From Octopus sinensis (lineage: Eukaryota): a DNA stretch of 64,000 nucleotides. Below the pieces are notes generated by a model that saw only the letters and a list, made by a program, of their open reading frames with translations, was not told the origin of the DNA and searched no databases. The translations under genes and the position numbers were made by a program. Shown here piece after piece: positions 27,451 to 40,759 of this stretch (the stretch's first letter is position 1; the number at the start of each line of letters is the position of its first letter). The DNA is taken from the NCBI RefSeq assembly GCF_006345805.1, contig NW_021833225.1, positions 28,081-92,080 on the forward strand. The letters run 5' to 3'.

Positions 27451-28224
27451 AACATAATCCAACAAAATATGAAAGAACACTGATGGAATGTTCTTATAGA
27501 CTAACAAAGTGTCAACTTAACAGACTGAATTTAATGTACACTTGCAATAAGTCATTTGGTAGTTCATCATTATCCTCATCATTTAAACATCTGTTGTCTG
27601 TGCTGGCATGAGATAGACGGTTTGACCAGGACTGGTGAGTTGAAGGACTGCACCGGACTCCAGTCGTATTTGCCATTGTTGTTAACATAATATTAAAGAT
27701 GAGTAAAAAAAGAACAAACCCATGTTGAATTGATGAGAAATCTGCTTTTAATCCATCCAGATTATGGTTCTATATTTCTACCAATGGTTTTGGAAGCACA
27801 TAAAGTCAGAAAGAACACACCTAATCAAGAGATTACAAGTAATCAAAAGCACTATCAAAATATGCAAAATAATCAAGAAGTTTAGCAGGTAATAAGTGCA
27901 CATACATATACGTACATGCTTATATACATACATGTAAAGATATTATACATATAGGTATGCACACATACATACATACATACATACATACATACATACATGC
28001 ATGCATGCATACAATACCTACATCCATAGCTTAAAACCTACGTATGCTACTCTATAATGAAAAGACAGCCTATTTTCTAGTTGATCACCTTATATTCTAA
28101 CCTATTCTTCATAACTGATCTGATTTTTATCTTCTCTATACTTTTCCTTCTATAATTAGGCATGCTAATTAAATTGATATTGTGCTTATGTTAGCAATCA
28201 TCATTAGTATTATGTTAATACCTC

Positions 28225-28610
28225 TTATCATTTAGCTTTTATTTGTTTCAATCATTGGGCTGTGGTCTTGCTGAGGTACTACTTTGAAGGATTTATTTGA
28301 AGAAATTGACCCCAGTACTTAAAGTTTTCTTTTAAAGCCTGCTACTTATTCTGTCAGTCACTTTTGCTGAATTGCTAAGTTATGGGGATGTAAACAAACC
28401 AACACCAGTTGTCAATCAGTGGTGAAGACAAACACACACACTCAGAGCAAAGGCACATACCCATTCTTCAGTTTCCATCTATGAAATCCACTCACAAGGC
28501 TTTTGTCGGACCAAGGCTGTAGTAGAAAGCACCTGACCAAGTGCGATGCAGCATGACTGAACCCAGAACCATGTGGTTGGGAAGCAAATTTCTTACCACA
28601 CAGCCATGCC
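28225..28610 (-). mobile_element. tRNA-derived SINE (same family as 48600-48980)
   Basis: Reverse complement of the 48600-48980 copy. Confidence 0.8.
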
Positions 28611-30234
28611 TACACTTAATAGATCATTCTTATTTTTAAAAATATTTTTCTCCTGGTAAACATTTGTTCATATAACAAATAACGAATACAAAATTTCAAA
28701 GTGTGTATATGTACATTAAATAATAGTTTTGTTTGAATACTTCTTTCCATTGAAAATTAAAACTGTATCTCTTTTGTAAAATGATGCTTTATTTCAGGAT
28801 ATGTGTGCTGGGTTTTCAGCTTTGGAAAGCAGCTGGCAATGAGAATACAATACATTAGATTGTGACTTAATTTACTTATCCTATTTCACATACTTATATT
28901 GAAACATCCTGATATTACAAGGCGTCAGACACATCCAGATCCGTATGTACTGACTAGTTATATTATAAACAAAGCTTAACATTTAATGAAGATTTATACT
29001 TTAAAAGTTGATTTTGTTTTTCTTTAAATTTTCTGTCTGATGTGCCTTCGAGTTTATTCGGTTTTAGATGAGCCAATTTGGAAGAATTGTTGGAGTAGCC
29101 ATTTTCAAAGTTAGATATCATTTCCTAATATTAATGTTGACAGTATACTATAGGGACATAGTAGCTGAGAGGTTAGGGTTGAATAAGGTTACCAAACCAA
29201 GACAACAAACAAATATATCAAACACTCCAACATTGAAAGTTCAGTAATTGAGAAAGTAAATTGATTTGTACACTAAATAAATGAATATAAATAAATAAAC
29301 AATTTAAACAGCTCATGTGCATGTCTGATTTAGGACATTGTGGATATTCTTAGTAGTAAAATATGAGGTTTATCCAAAAACTAGCAAGTTATTTTTTGTA
29401 TATAAGTTCAAATTCATTATTGTTGAAGTGGTGACACATAGCCATATAATTTATAATGGTTTCAATTGATCTACTTAAGTCAAGGTCATTGTGTGGAAAT
29501 TCCAACAATACACATCACTCTACTTATAATCTCAAACAATTTTCTATTATTTTATGCTTATTTAAACATTGTAGAAAAATGATACTCTGTTAACGGTTGT
29601 CATAATGACTAAAAATAAAGGATGGGCTTCCAGATAATCTACATCCTGTACATCATATATGGAATTCTGTCTCATATATCTATCTTCCATGACTACCAAA
29701 CCATCTCAGGAAGGAGAAATAGAGAGGTTTAAGTTGTTTTTTTTAAATAATGTGTCTAAAAGCTAAAGTTTGGAAGGAGAAAACAGAATAAAAATATTAA
29801 CTATTTTGTAGCTATCAGCTACAATGTTTCCAAGATAATCTAACTGAAACAATGGCAGAAAATGAGAAATTTGTAGCTGCTTTAAAAAATGTCATTGTAA
29901 GAATTGTAGTGTCACAATAAAGTCACTGTTTATGTGTTTATGTTCATGCTTGTGTGTGTGTGTGCATGTTTTTAATGTACGAATGGAAGAAAATATAGCC
30001 AAATGGTTATAAAGTTCCCTTCCAAATCATGAGTTCCTATATTCAATGCTACTGTGTGAAGTCTTGGGCTAGCATCTTTTACTATAGTTTCAAGTTCACC
30101 AAATTTTTGAGAGTGAAACTGGATAGACAGAAGCTGTGTGGAAGGTCATCAGAAGGGCTGGACTAGTAATTCAAAAAGTCAGCTTTGTCACTCTGCAGTA
30201 TGCTGATTCTGCTTAAAGATTATGCTAAGAATAC

Positions 30235-30985
30235 ATATAATAATAATGATAATAAATAATGAAATTATTGTATACTGTGCTCAAGTGCACCATAGCTTGT
30301 CAGAAAGTGCGTATAAAGTGTATGCAGTAATGTATAAATGTCTGGAAAGCAAACAATGTATGAGTCAGATATATGCTTGTGTGTGTATGGAGGGGAGGAA
30401 ATCAGGTGTAGTGTTAGCAAATCTCAGGAAGCATGGAAGTTTTGAAGGATGCAGTGCTCCGACAACTAACAACTGATGCCGGCAGTTTGTTCCATGCTTC
30501 AGCAACTCTCTGCGTGAAAAAATGTTTCCTAAAGTCATGGGAGCTGTGCTGTTTTCTGACTCTGTAAATATGTCCACGGGTGTTAGACGGGTGGAGTTTG
30601 AAAAGGTGCTCAGAGTTATTGTTTGTAAGATGGTTGATAATTTTATGGGTGTCTGCCAAGTCAGCTGCCAGACATCGGAGTTTCAATGTGTCCATGCCCA
30701 GGGAAGTAAGGCGTTCAGAATATGGCAAATGCCTGATGGAGGGTATTCTTTTGGTTGCACGTCGCTGAACGGCTTCCAGACGATTGATATCCTGGGCAAG
30801 ATAGGGGTTCCAGACCAGTGATGCAAATTCCAGGTGAGGTCTTACTATAGCTATATAAAGCTGCAGATAGATAGTCGGAGAGCGGCTCACAAAGGATTTG
30901 GTGAGTGATGCCAAGACACTCTCAGCCTTCTTGACAATTTTAGCGATGTGTTTTGTCCAACGCAAATCACTGCAAATCAAATCTG
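30235..30985 (-). mobile_element. 5'-truncated CR1/L2-group LINE 3' end
   Basis: ORF 30414-31001 reads VRPHLEFASLVWNPY...LEAVQRRATK...FFTQRVAEAWNKLP, followed by a 3' UTR and an (ATT)n-like tail. Confidence 0.9.
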
Positions 30986-31785
30986 TAGAATACTCAACCA
31001 CTTACAATATAATTCAGTGAGTAGTTCAGTTATTTGAATAACAGAAAAATTCATTATGAAAATTGAATACAAATGTTTGTTTTTACTTTATACATTATAT
31101 GAAAATAGATTTGTGGTCACTTGGTAGGTTTTCAATTGGCATTGCTCTCTGTCTATCTGTCTGTCTGTCTCTCTCTCTCTCAACCTTTCTTTCTATATAT
31201 ATACACACACATACACACACATATAGTAATAGAAAATTTAAATTACAAAAAAAGGCGGGAACTTAGTTGCCAACTCAATGAAAGAGAATGCAAAAGAAAT
31301 ATATAAATTGGTTTTATTAACAGAATTACCTTAAAGATGGGACAATTTGTGCGTGATGAAGACGATAGAGTGGAGAAGAGAAGGATTAATGTTTGGAAGG
31401 AGATTGTCCTTCCATTAAGACTTCAGGAAGAAGAATTTCTGACGTTTTGTCTCACTTAGGCTTAATTTAGGCTTTTTGGACACACTTTCTTCATTTTTAC
31501 ACTTGCAGTTCATTTCATTAGAAACATATCAAGAAAAGTCTGCTTTTTCCTGCCTTTCAGAATGTTATGGAAATGTGCCAGAGCAGTGTTATTGTATGAA
31601 ATTTGCTTGTACTGCAGATTTTTGCTCATACTTCAAGACAAAAATTTGCACAAACCTCGGATTGTAAAGCAAATTATTCATACAATAGGCCACACATACT
31701 ACAAAGTTCTACTGTATAATGTTTATCACCACTTTAATGTGGGTGTTCTCTAAGTAAGAGATGATAATACTACTATTTTAACCCC

Positions 31786-32296
31786 TTAACCCCAGGAAGA
31801 CATCTTCTCTAGCTGGTTTATTCCGTGCACTTTCTACACTTGATATTTATTACAAATGGGAAATAGCTCTTGCCAGCCTAGCTTCATGACCACCGGACTA
31901 CATGATTTTGATCTTATTGGATCTCTTCAGTGGTGGGCACTCATTTGCCAGGCATGGCAGTTGTTTAATTTCACTTGTAATGAAAAGAAAATACAGTTTC
32001 AATATAATTTCACTTGTAATGAAAAGAAAATACACTGATTTTGTAACTACAAGCTTCCTAGTTACAAAATTAGAGATTGTATGAAACTGTATTTTCTGTA
32101 TCTTCTAAGTGAGGTTAAACTACTGCCATGCTTGGCAAATGAATGCCCACAACTGAAGAGATCCAATAAAAGTGAAATCATGTGGTCTGGTGGTTTCAAA
32201 GCTAGGGTGACAGGAGTTATCTCTCACTTGCAATAAATATTGAGTGCAGAAAGCATACTGAATAAACCAGCTGACGAGATATCTTCCTGGGATTAA
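31786..32296. mobile_element. Old foldback/MITE-like palindromic element
   Basis: ~225-bp inverted arms, roughly 80% identical by eye. ORFs 31856(+) and 32120(-) give mirrored peptides (HDFDLIGSLQWWALICQAWQ / HDFTFIGSLQLWAFICQAWQ). Confidence 0.75.
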
Positions 32297-32412
32297 AACA
32301 AGATTGATCGTCACCTCTTAGAGAACACCCATGTTCAAGTGGCAATAAAATCTATCTTTTGGTTCATATACTGCTTCTATTTTGAACAGAGATATTCTAA
32401 CAGACTAGTTTC

Positions 32413-32415
<3 letters not shown>

Positions 32416-32461
<46 letters not shown>

Positions 32462-32508
32462 GTAGTAATAATAATAATAATAAAATAATAATAATAATAA
32501 TAATAATA

Positions 32509-32547
<39 letters not shown>

Positions 32548-32570
32548 GTAGTAATAATAATAATAATATT
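32416..32570. repeat. (TAA)n microsatellite
   Basis: Direct inspection. Confidence 0.97.
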
Positions 32571-32637
32571 AGGGAGTATAACTCCAAACTTATAGGGAAA
32601 ATTTGATTTAGTATTAAATCAAATTTCACAGTATAAA

Positions 32638-33485
32638 TATATAAAATATGAATTAGAGATAAAACCACTATTATGCAACTCAAACAGTGATAGACATAAA
32701 CCAATACATAAATAACAAATAATGTAAATAATATAAATATAATTGATATAATATATAATATATATATTTATAATTTTTTTTTCAAAAAGTATAAAAGAAT
32801 GATAAATATAATATAATAAGTAAAAACACTACATACATTTCATGGCTATAATTAAATTTGAATTGCAATTAAGTTTAAATTCAATTGAAATAAATTCTAA
32901 CTAAAATTATAGTCAATCTTCAGGTTAATGATAATAGTGAATAAATAAGCAAATAGAGTTAAACAATATTTTTTAAGAAATAAATAAAATAATAATTTTT
33001 CTCATTAAAAATACTCCATTATCTAAATTAGAAACTTAAAACATTAGGAGTATTTCATACAGCCCATTTATTATGTTAAATATTTATTTTTAAGGTAAAA
33101 AATTAATAGAATTATGTATTTATCTATGAAGATATAATATGGCTTAAAAAAAACATAATAAACTCTCGAATATCCTTAACTCAGTTATAGTCCAATATTT
33201 AATTACCAAATTATTTAACAAAACAATCACTATTCATATTTTTAAATTTAAGTTCAAATCTAATAATTATAAATATTTAAAAGGAAGTATCTAAATTATA
33301 ATCAACAAACATAGTAATTAAAAGCTAAAATTTACTCTATCAATAAAAATATAGACATATAATGAAAGATAAATGAATTAATTAGTCCATTATTACTTAC
33401 ATAAATATTATAAATATCAATACAATATATTTATGAAATACATTTAAAAAGTTACAGATTTTATCTCTAATTCATATTTTATATA
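32638..33485. mobile_element. Very AT-rich element bounded by 29-bp inverted repeats
   Basis: tatataaaatatgaattagagataaaacc (32638-32666) matches the reverse complement of 33457-33485 at 28/29 positions. Confidence 0.5.
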
Positions 33486-33489
33486 TATA

Positions 33490-34006
33490 CTAGCAGTATC
33501 GCCCAGTGTTGCTCGGGTTTGTAAGGGAAATAACTATATAAGCATTTTTAGAGAGTTACTTCCTTTATAGATGCCAATTCGGGCTTTCTTAGCCATTTCT
33601 GTTTTGGTGTCTTCAAGCCATGAAGTCGTTGTTCTAAAAGAACGCTGGTCTCCTTGACAACGCATTACAACGTTGATTTCCTTACACTCCCTTCCCCACA
33701 GCTTCACGAGGGAGGGAAGAAGGGGGAGAAGCAAACACAGGTGCAGGTGTTTGAGCGTGGACGCCAACTCCACCGCCATCGACACACGAAAAATTATGCA
33801 TTAAAATGGAATAAAAAATGATGTTAAATTATTTTTAAAATCGTAGACTCATCGTAGACACGCGCTAATAGCCATACGGGCTCGATATTAATCACGACTA
33901 TAAGATACCCGAATTTGGTTAAACTGCACCGCAAAATGTGGGAGGAGTTAGGAATCTAAATCGTAGGAGACAGACACTCACACAACTACAGTTTTATATA
34001 TATAGA
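33490..34006 (-). mobile_element. Complete non-autonomous Helitron ('A' family ends, different interior)
   Basis: A|TC...hairpin...CTAG|T termini on the minus strand. Ends are shared with 4787-5170; the ~33570-33790 interior is different. Confidence 0.88.
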
Positions 34007-34029
34007 TATATATAAGGTTAAATAAGGTC

Positions 34030-36655
34030 AGTCTATGGGATTACCCTGGGTTTCACATCCATAAAGCGCTTAGCTTTACAGCATATCATCAAACCTCAAA
34101 ACCTGTTGACATATGGCCTCTGTAACAAGTGACTTTTCTAGAAAATGGAGGAGAAAAAGACTTCATTACTGTCAACAATAGGTAATTGTCTCCTTTTGGA
34201 GATTATCAATAACAGCCAAAGGGAGACAATCCCCTGTTGTTGACAGTAACGAAGTCCTTTTCTCCTCCATTTTCTAGAGAGGTCATGTGCCAACAGGTTT
34301 TGAGATTTGATGATACACTGTAAATTTAAGCATTTTATGGAGGTGAAACCCAAGGTAATCCCATAGATTACCCACACACATACAACAACTCTCATACAAC
34401 GACACACATACAACATACATCAGCACTGTTACAGGCTCCCATTGCAATGTCAAAGGAGCCTACACACATATAACAACATCAACAGTGAAGCCAAACAATT
34501 AGTCAACGACTTAGATATAGCAGATGGGGTAGAGATTTTAGCTAAAGAGAAAGCTTTTACTACCATCAAACCATAAACCAAACTTTGCATCGATCCTTAA
34601 ATGCCACCTGATTAACCCAGCAAAATCCAAGATCAGTTTGGCAAGCAATTACATACTGAGGAACATTAACAACAGTATAAGGAGAGCCACTAACCTCTCC
34701 CTATGGCATAACACCAATGAAGTGATTGCATGGTTTAATACCAACAAGGGGGAGGCAAAGCAAGGTTCATCTAATTTTACCTGTTTATATCAAAAGTGTT
34801 ACTGGTCAAAGTACTTTCCTTTACTAGGAGCTTCACTGATATTAGTGACAGGGACACAGATGTCATTATGCTAGGAAAACAGTACTGCTCAATAAAAGTT
34901 TGACCTGGGTCAAGCAATCTGACATTGTAGGCTCCTTTGACATTGCAATGGGAGTCTGTAACTGTGCTGATGTATGCAACCTCATCAAGTTGTCTATCAT
35001 AGAAACTATTAAGAAGAAGCTTCCCTCTGTCTTTTTTAGTCTCTGCAGAGATGACGCTCTGGCCATCACTAGAGGAGCCCATGGCCACACTCTAAACAGG
35101 CTTAGGAAACATCTAATTAGCATCCTTGGCTCTATGGGACTGAAAATTTCTATCACCACAGCAGACTTCTTGGACATCATGCTCAACTTGAGCTTCAGTA
35201 GATACAGGTTCAACTGCAAACCACGTGATTGGCTGACATACATCAACAGTCTCCTGTCATCCATCCATTTTGTTCAAAAACCTAGTAAAGGGTATAAGTG
35301 AGAGAATCATGAACCTTCCTTCTAGCCAAGAAATTTTTGATGCAGCAGGCTCCTACTATATCAAGTCACAAGCTACTGGTGGATTTCGGGACCACATCTC
35401 CTACATGCTGGGCTCTAATACCCACAGAAGGAAGTGCCATGGAAATATCATTGGTTTTTTTCCCCCACTTTCTCTTTACAGGCTAGTAGATAAACACTTC
35501 ACACATTCACATAGATGCAGATACATCTTCAACAGGCACAACCTTAGGGTCTCTTTTAGCTGCACCCCCAATATTATGAGTATTTTAGTGAGCACCTCTA
35601 GGCTATGGTGGAAGTGAGATGCTCATGCAGGGACTACAACAGATGCCAAGTGGGAAGCCATTGTGAAACCAAGGGACCTATCTATGAAGATGATGTACTA
35701 GGCAACCCTAGTAGCAGCAGCAACAACATCAGCAGCTTCCCTGACGACTACTACAGTAGCAGGGATGTCAGTATCAATAGCAGCAGCAGCAGAAACACAA
35801 ACAGGATTAGCAGCAGCACTACTGCCACCAGTGATAACAACATCAACAATAGCAATAACAGTATCCCTTACAGAAATAGCAACAGATCCATCACAAATGA
35901 TAACTATAACAACAGTGACAGCACCACTCTCCATGATAGCGTCAACATCAATTCCAACAATACCATCAATGACAACTATAACGCTATCAACAGCACCATC
36001 ATCACTGAGGTCCCCTATGCCAGCAGCAAACAGCACCAACACCATCAACACATTTAATGGTGCCAATAAGAACACCAACAGCCCCAATAACAACAGCAGT
36101 AGCAACAGCGTCAACACCAGCAGATACAACATCGCCAACAGCTGCACACAGAGATGCATCAGATGCTCTAGTAACATGTTCAAGCATTGCCTCTCCAACC
36201 ACGGATCCTCTTTCAGGATACTGGAAATGAGATACGCTACATCATCAGCCAGCCATGATGGCTGAAAGACAAAGGAATTCTGCACGTAATATCAAAGAGA
36301 ATCCTAGAAAACCCAGGCCCCTACATAAATGGGACTTAAGTGTTGTAAACTGTGGGGATATTAAAGGACTCCCTTGACCCAAGGAACATCCTTAACTCCA
36401 GAATGGAAGTCTTCAGACCCTGTTTGCACTTCAGGAAATTCTTGCTGGCGTCCTGGGACCCATACAATAACAGAGTCAATTATGAATAAAAGCCAAAGGG
36501 AGACATTCCCCTGTTGTTGACAGAGTAACAAAGTCTTTTCCTTCTCCATTTTCTAGAGAGGCCATATACCAATGGGTTTTGAGGTCTGATGATACGCTGT
36601 GAACCTAAGTGCTTTATTGATGTGAAACCCAGGGTAATCCCATGGACCAGCCTCA
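34030..36655 (+). mobile_element. Penelope-like element with pseudo-LTRs (inverted plus direct 5' copies, one 3' copy), decayed RT and GIY-YIG
   Basis: RT remnants FDIAMG...CRDDAL...FLDIMLNL (ORF 34900), the CSCR..CQVGSHC knuckle (ORF 35605) and FKHCLSNHGSSFR. pLTR copies at 34030-34199 (-), 34216-34369 (+) and ~36492-36650 (+). Confidence 0.85.
36577..36645 (+). ncRNA. Type I hammerhead ribozyme motif in the PLE pLTR (possibly decayed)
   Basis: CTGATGA at 36586-36592, long stem II, GAAAC at 36624-36628, near-palindromic stem III CCCAGGG, and GTA cleavage triplet ending at 36636. Confidence 0.6.
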
Positions 36656-36759
36656 TCTATCTTTATATTATACTGTTCTATAACTTAAAGTGTGCTTCTT
36701 TTACAGATGTATGATTTACCTAGGATGCACGTACACACACACACACACACACACACAAA

Positions 36760-37620
36760 CAGGGTTGGACAAAATAATGGCAACACCTTGTTAAATAGAA
36801 GTTAATGATTTGATACAGAGCTTATCACCTTTGGCATCAATCACAACTTTAATATGCTGGGGTATTGATTCATACAGCTTCTGAACAGATTTTGAGCCAT
36901 TCTTCAAGTAAAACCTATTTCGCTCTTTCAGCAATGGTGACAAAGAGAAGCAACTTCTCACATGCACTTCCAAAATGCTCCACAAATGTTAAATTAAATT
37001 GAGATCAAGTGATTCTGTGGGCCAATCCCAATGGTCTACTTCACTCCTGTGCTCTTCATATCAATTTTGAATAACATTCACCATGAGAATTGGTGCATTA
37101 TCATCCTAGAAGATGGCACAACCATCAAGGAACAACTTTTGTACCATAGGATGGACATAATCAGCCAAAATACTCAGATAATCAATAGTATTAGCTCTGC
37201 CATGTAAAACAACTTAAGAGCCAAAATAATTCTGTGATATGACTGCTCTAATTATCACAGACTTCATGCTTCCCAGTAGGAGCCATACAGTCAGGGGTTA
37301 ACTCTTTTATAGACTGTCTCCAGGTAATTCATCAGAGAAGATTATATCATTGATCTGATAATCTAAACACCATTTTTTCTGCTTATCAATGTTGTTGGGG
37401 ACAGGAGTGGTTTAACAATTGCAACCATTCCATGACATCCAGCTTTATCGAGGTCAGGACAAATGGTTATGGTTTACACAAGGTGGCAAAGTAGTAGTTC
37501 AGCTCTACTGTGACTTTTGCTGCTGTTCTTTGATGGTTTTTAAGCACAATATGTTTCACTATTCTGTCCAGAATTATGCTTGTCAGAGCTGGTTTTACTT
37601 TGATTTTGAAAAACCAGCCT
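36760..37620 (-). mobile_element. Tc1 transposon fragment (same family as 1478-2646)
   Basis: TIR cagggttggacaaaataatggcaacacc, plus reverse-complement similarity to the DDE region of the first Tc1. Confidence 0.8.
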
Positions 37621-37819
37621 AATTTTAAACTGTACCACTCAAAATATTAAGCAATTCAATAGTTTTAGTGACTTAAGCTCCACCCATCTGCACTTCAAAA
37701 ATTTATCCGCTTTCAAAATTAAGTCACATGTTTCCATATCGTTAGATATAGATAACAGCAAAAACAGGGGGTTTATATCATAATGTGCAAAGTATAAATA
37801 ATATATATGGACACATGTA

Positions 37820-38943
37820 CTAGGTCATCCCATAAATAATGCAGTTTTTTATATGTCGTTTATTTTTTGAAAATTAAGATAAACAATTTCTTTTTTCATC
37901 TAAAATATACTCTCCTTCAGTTTCTTCTCTTCCATCTATCTTGTAGACTTGCAAGACCCTTCTTCCAAAAGTCACTTGTCCATGATAAGAAATACTCCTC
38001 CAGTACTGTTCTTACCTCATCTACAGAGTTCATATTTTTTCCATTCAAATGATTTTGAAAACTGTAGAATAAATGATAATCAAACGGGGTAAAGTTCGGC
38101 GAATATGGTGGGTGGGGCATTGTTTTTCTTCTAGTGCTGACTTAAGCTGCTTGCAGTAGATCTCATTTGTTATTGTTTGATTTGGGTTTAAAAGTTCAAA
38201 ATGGACAAAACCTTTCATATCCCACCAAACAGATAACAACACCTTACAAGTGTGAAGACCTATAACCTGGGGTGCCAGTGTTTCTCCTTTCCCTACCCAC
38301 TTTCTTTGGCACTCAACATTTTTATAGAGAACCCATTTCTCAACACCAGTCACTATTCAGTCCAAAAAAGGTCCTTTTGTGAAAAGTGACAGTAAAGAAG
38401 AGCAGACATTCACTCTCTGCATGCAATTAGACTCCAAAAGTTTGTGAAGGACCTACTACCCCAATTTGCTGAATTTTCTGATAGTATGCAAGTTTCAGTG
38501 AATAGTTGAATGACCAAATCCAAACTTCTATGCTAGTTCTTCAACAGTTATGATGGGATTTTGTTCCACCAGGATTTGCAGGGCATCCTTGTCTACAGAT
38601 CTTCTAGGATGAGGTTCATCTTCTAGGCTGTAATTTCTGGCTTGGAATTTCTGGAACCACCATTGAGACTAACTTAGGATTATTGTCCATTAATATTCCT
38701 CGTAGTTTCCATTGAACTCATAAAGCAAAATATGTCAAATATGTTCTTTGTTACTTCCATAGTAGCTTTGAAAAAATAACTATTAAAATCTAACTGCACT
38801 CTTCAAAACTTGCACTAAGAATAAATACAAAGTAAATTTACTATCTGCTTTTATAGCAAGTTGATACTGGTAGTTTATCCTGTCCCCCTCCAACTTTTAG
38901 TACATGCAATTGAAAAAACTGCATTATCTATGGGATGACCCAA
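37820..38943 (-). mobile_element. mariner transposon with both TIRs, decayed
   Basis: 27-bp TIRs (24/27 match) with TA on both sides. TGVEKWVLY...VLLSVWWD (ORF 38045) and PHPPYSPNFTPFDYHLF (ORF 37917). Confidence 0.92.
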
Positions 38944-39104
38944 TACATATATACAGACTGGGATAGCTGTGAATTTGTATAATTGTCAGTAAGAGAGATA
39001 GCTAAATAAAATGCAATGCTACCAGTATTTTGTGCAACCCTCTATATACACAAACATACTTGCTTGTGCATGCACACACACATGAACATATATACACACA
39101 GATA

Positions 39105-39600
39105 CTCAGGTCATCTAAAAGAATGTATACACATTTTAACAGGTGATAACTAATTTCATTTTCATTTATTTTTCAGATTTAACCCATCAGAAATAATGAA
39201 CAGAGCCAGAATAAACTTTGAACAAAGGAAATCTTTCCTAAAGTGCTATTGTAAGTTCGAATATGAAGGAGGGAGATTCAAACAGATCTACCTACACAAC
39301 TCACAATCATTCAAATTAGGGAAGAGTTTGAAGCAGTGGAATTATTCAGAATGTTTACATGACTGTGGTCATTGATGAGCCCAAATCACTATCACCAAAG
39401 GAAGGATATTGCTAGAGTTAAAAAAAAAAATCAGTGTGGCATGGGAGTTGTAAGACAGGAATTTCAAAATCAAGCATTCATCACATTTGCAACACTGTAA
39501 CTGGAAAAGTTACATTCCAAGAAGAGTCCATATTCTCAGTGAAGATTATCCAGACCAATGAATGGAATTTTGTGGTATGACAAAGTGTAAAATTGGGTAC
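39105..39600 (+). mobile_element. 5' fragment of a Tc1/IS630-like transposon
   Basis: MNRARINFEQRKSFLKCYCKFE at ~39197 resembles the N-terminal HTH of DUF4817-type transposases. Decayed downstream. Confidence 0.5.
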
Positions 39601-40663
39601 AAGCAGCATCAGTTGTAGTGCATAAGACAGAAGATTGCACCAGTATGGTTATGTGATGTGTATGGATGAGGACAGCTGTATAAAGAAGTGCCAGTCTCTA
39701 AAAGTGGAGGGAACCTGTGGAAGAGAAAGACTCAGGAAGATGTGAGATGAAGTGATGAAAAATGATTATCAGATGTTGAGCCTCACAGAGATCACACAGG
39801 ACAGATTTAATTGACAATTGACTGTGCTTGAGAAAACCCAGCTAAGAAATATCCATGTCGGCACCCCTTCCCTCCCCCACAACCCACTTATGCTTACCAG
39901 GTTTTTCCCTCCCTTCCATTCTCCCTCATGTATCTACCTATACTCTATATGGTCCTGTTAAATCCCTGTACCACAACATTTTCTCCTAATATCCCTCAAT
40001 CTACCCATATCAAGACAATTACCCTCCTAGGACAACTATCCCTCATAGAACAATTCCTCCCAACAAAAACTACCCCATAGGACAATTACAACTCCTGGTT
40101 AATTACCCCCTCTCCAATATATTAAGAAGTTTAAATCATCATCTGTTGTCCTCAGAGGGTAAATGTTCTAAACTCCCATTTACCAGTGCCCACTCATTAC
40201 ATCCCGCACCTCTAGCTCTCACTCTCTTTATGAAATCTTGTGAACACATCCACTCTTTCACCCTCTCCAATCCCCAGTCCACTTCCCTATATACCCTAAC
40301 CTATACCTTGGGTGTGTGGCCTCTACCCCTCCTTGTCACATCTTCACCATCTGTCTTTCCTCTCTCTCTCTCCATCTGAAGTAGCAATGTTTCTCTTCTA
40401 ATGCAAGACACCTTCTTTCTCTGTCCTTCAATATTACTCCAATTGAGGGGCTTGTCCTGCAAGTTACTTGGTGGCCTCACTGCTGCTGGTACTACATCAA
40501 AAGCACTCAGATTACTCTGTAAAGTGGTTGTCATTAGGAAGGGCATCAATCTGCAGAAAGCATGCCTAAACAGACGTCAGATCTTGATGCAGTTTTCTGA
40601 ATTGTGAATTCCTGTGAAACCATCCTGCCTATGCCAGTATGGAAAATGAATGTTAAATGATGT

Positions 40664-40697
<34 letters not shown>

Positions 40698-40759
40698 ATA
40701 TATATATATATATTTAATATGTTTACTTGGGTGTGTATAGTAGAAAACAAGCCCCTGAA

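Noticed and set aside
28790-29720. Candidate host exons (acceptor-like sites at ~28798 and ~29069; short open frames)
   Set aside because: There is no recognisable protein and no consistent frame or splice chain; RNA-seq would be needed.
31336-31460. Short ORF MGQFVRDEDDRVEK...
   Set aside because: It is only 40 codons, with no homology I can recognise and no clear donor site.
32575-33485. Possible mitochondrial insertion (NUMT)
   Set aside because: It is AT-rich, but I recognised no mitochondrial tRNA, rRNA or protein motif, and it has terminal inverted repeats.
35698-36285. 195-aa hydrophobic membrane-protein ORF
   Set aside because: It is the antisense reading of the AAC/AGC low-complexity insert in a PLE.
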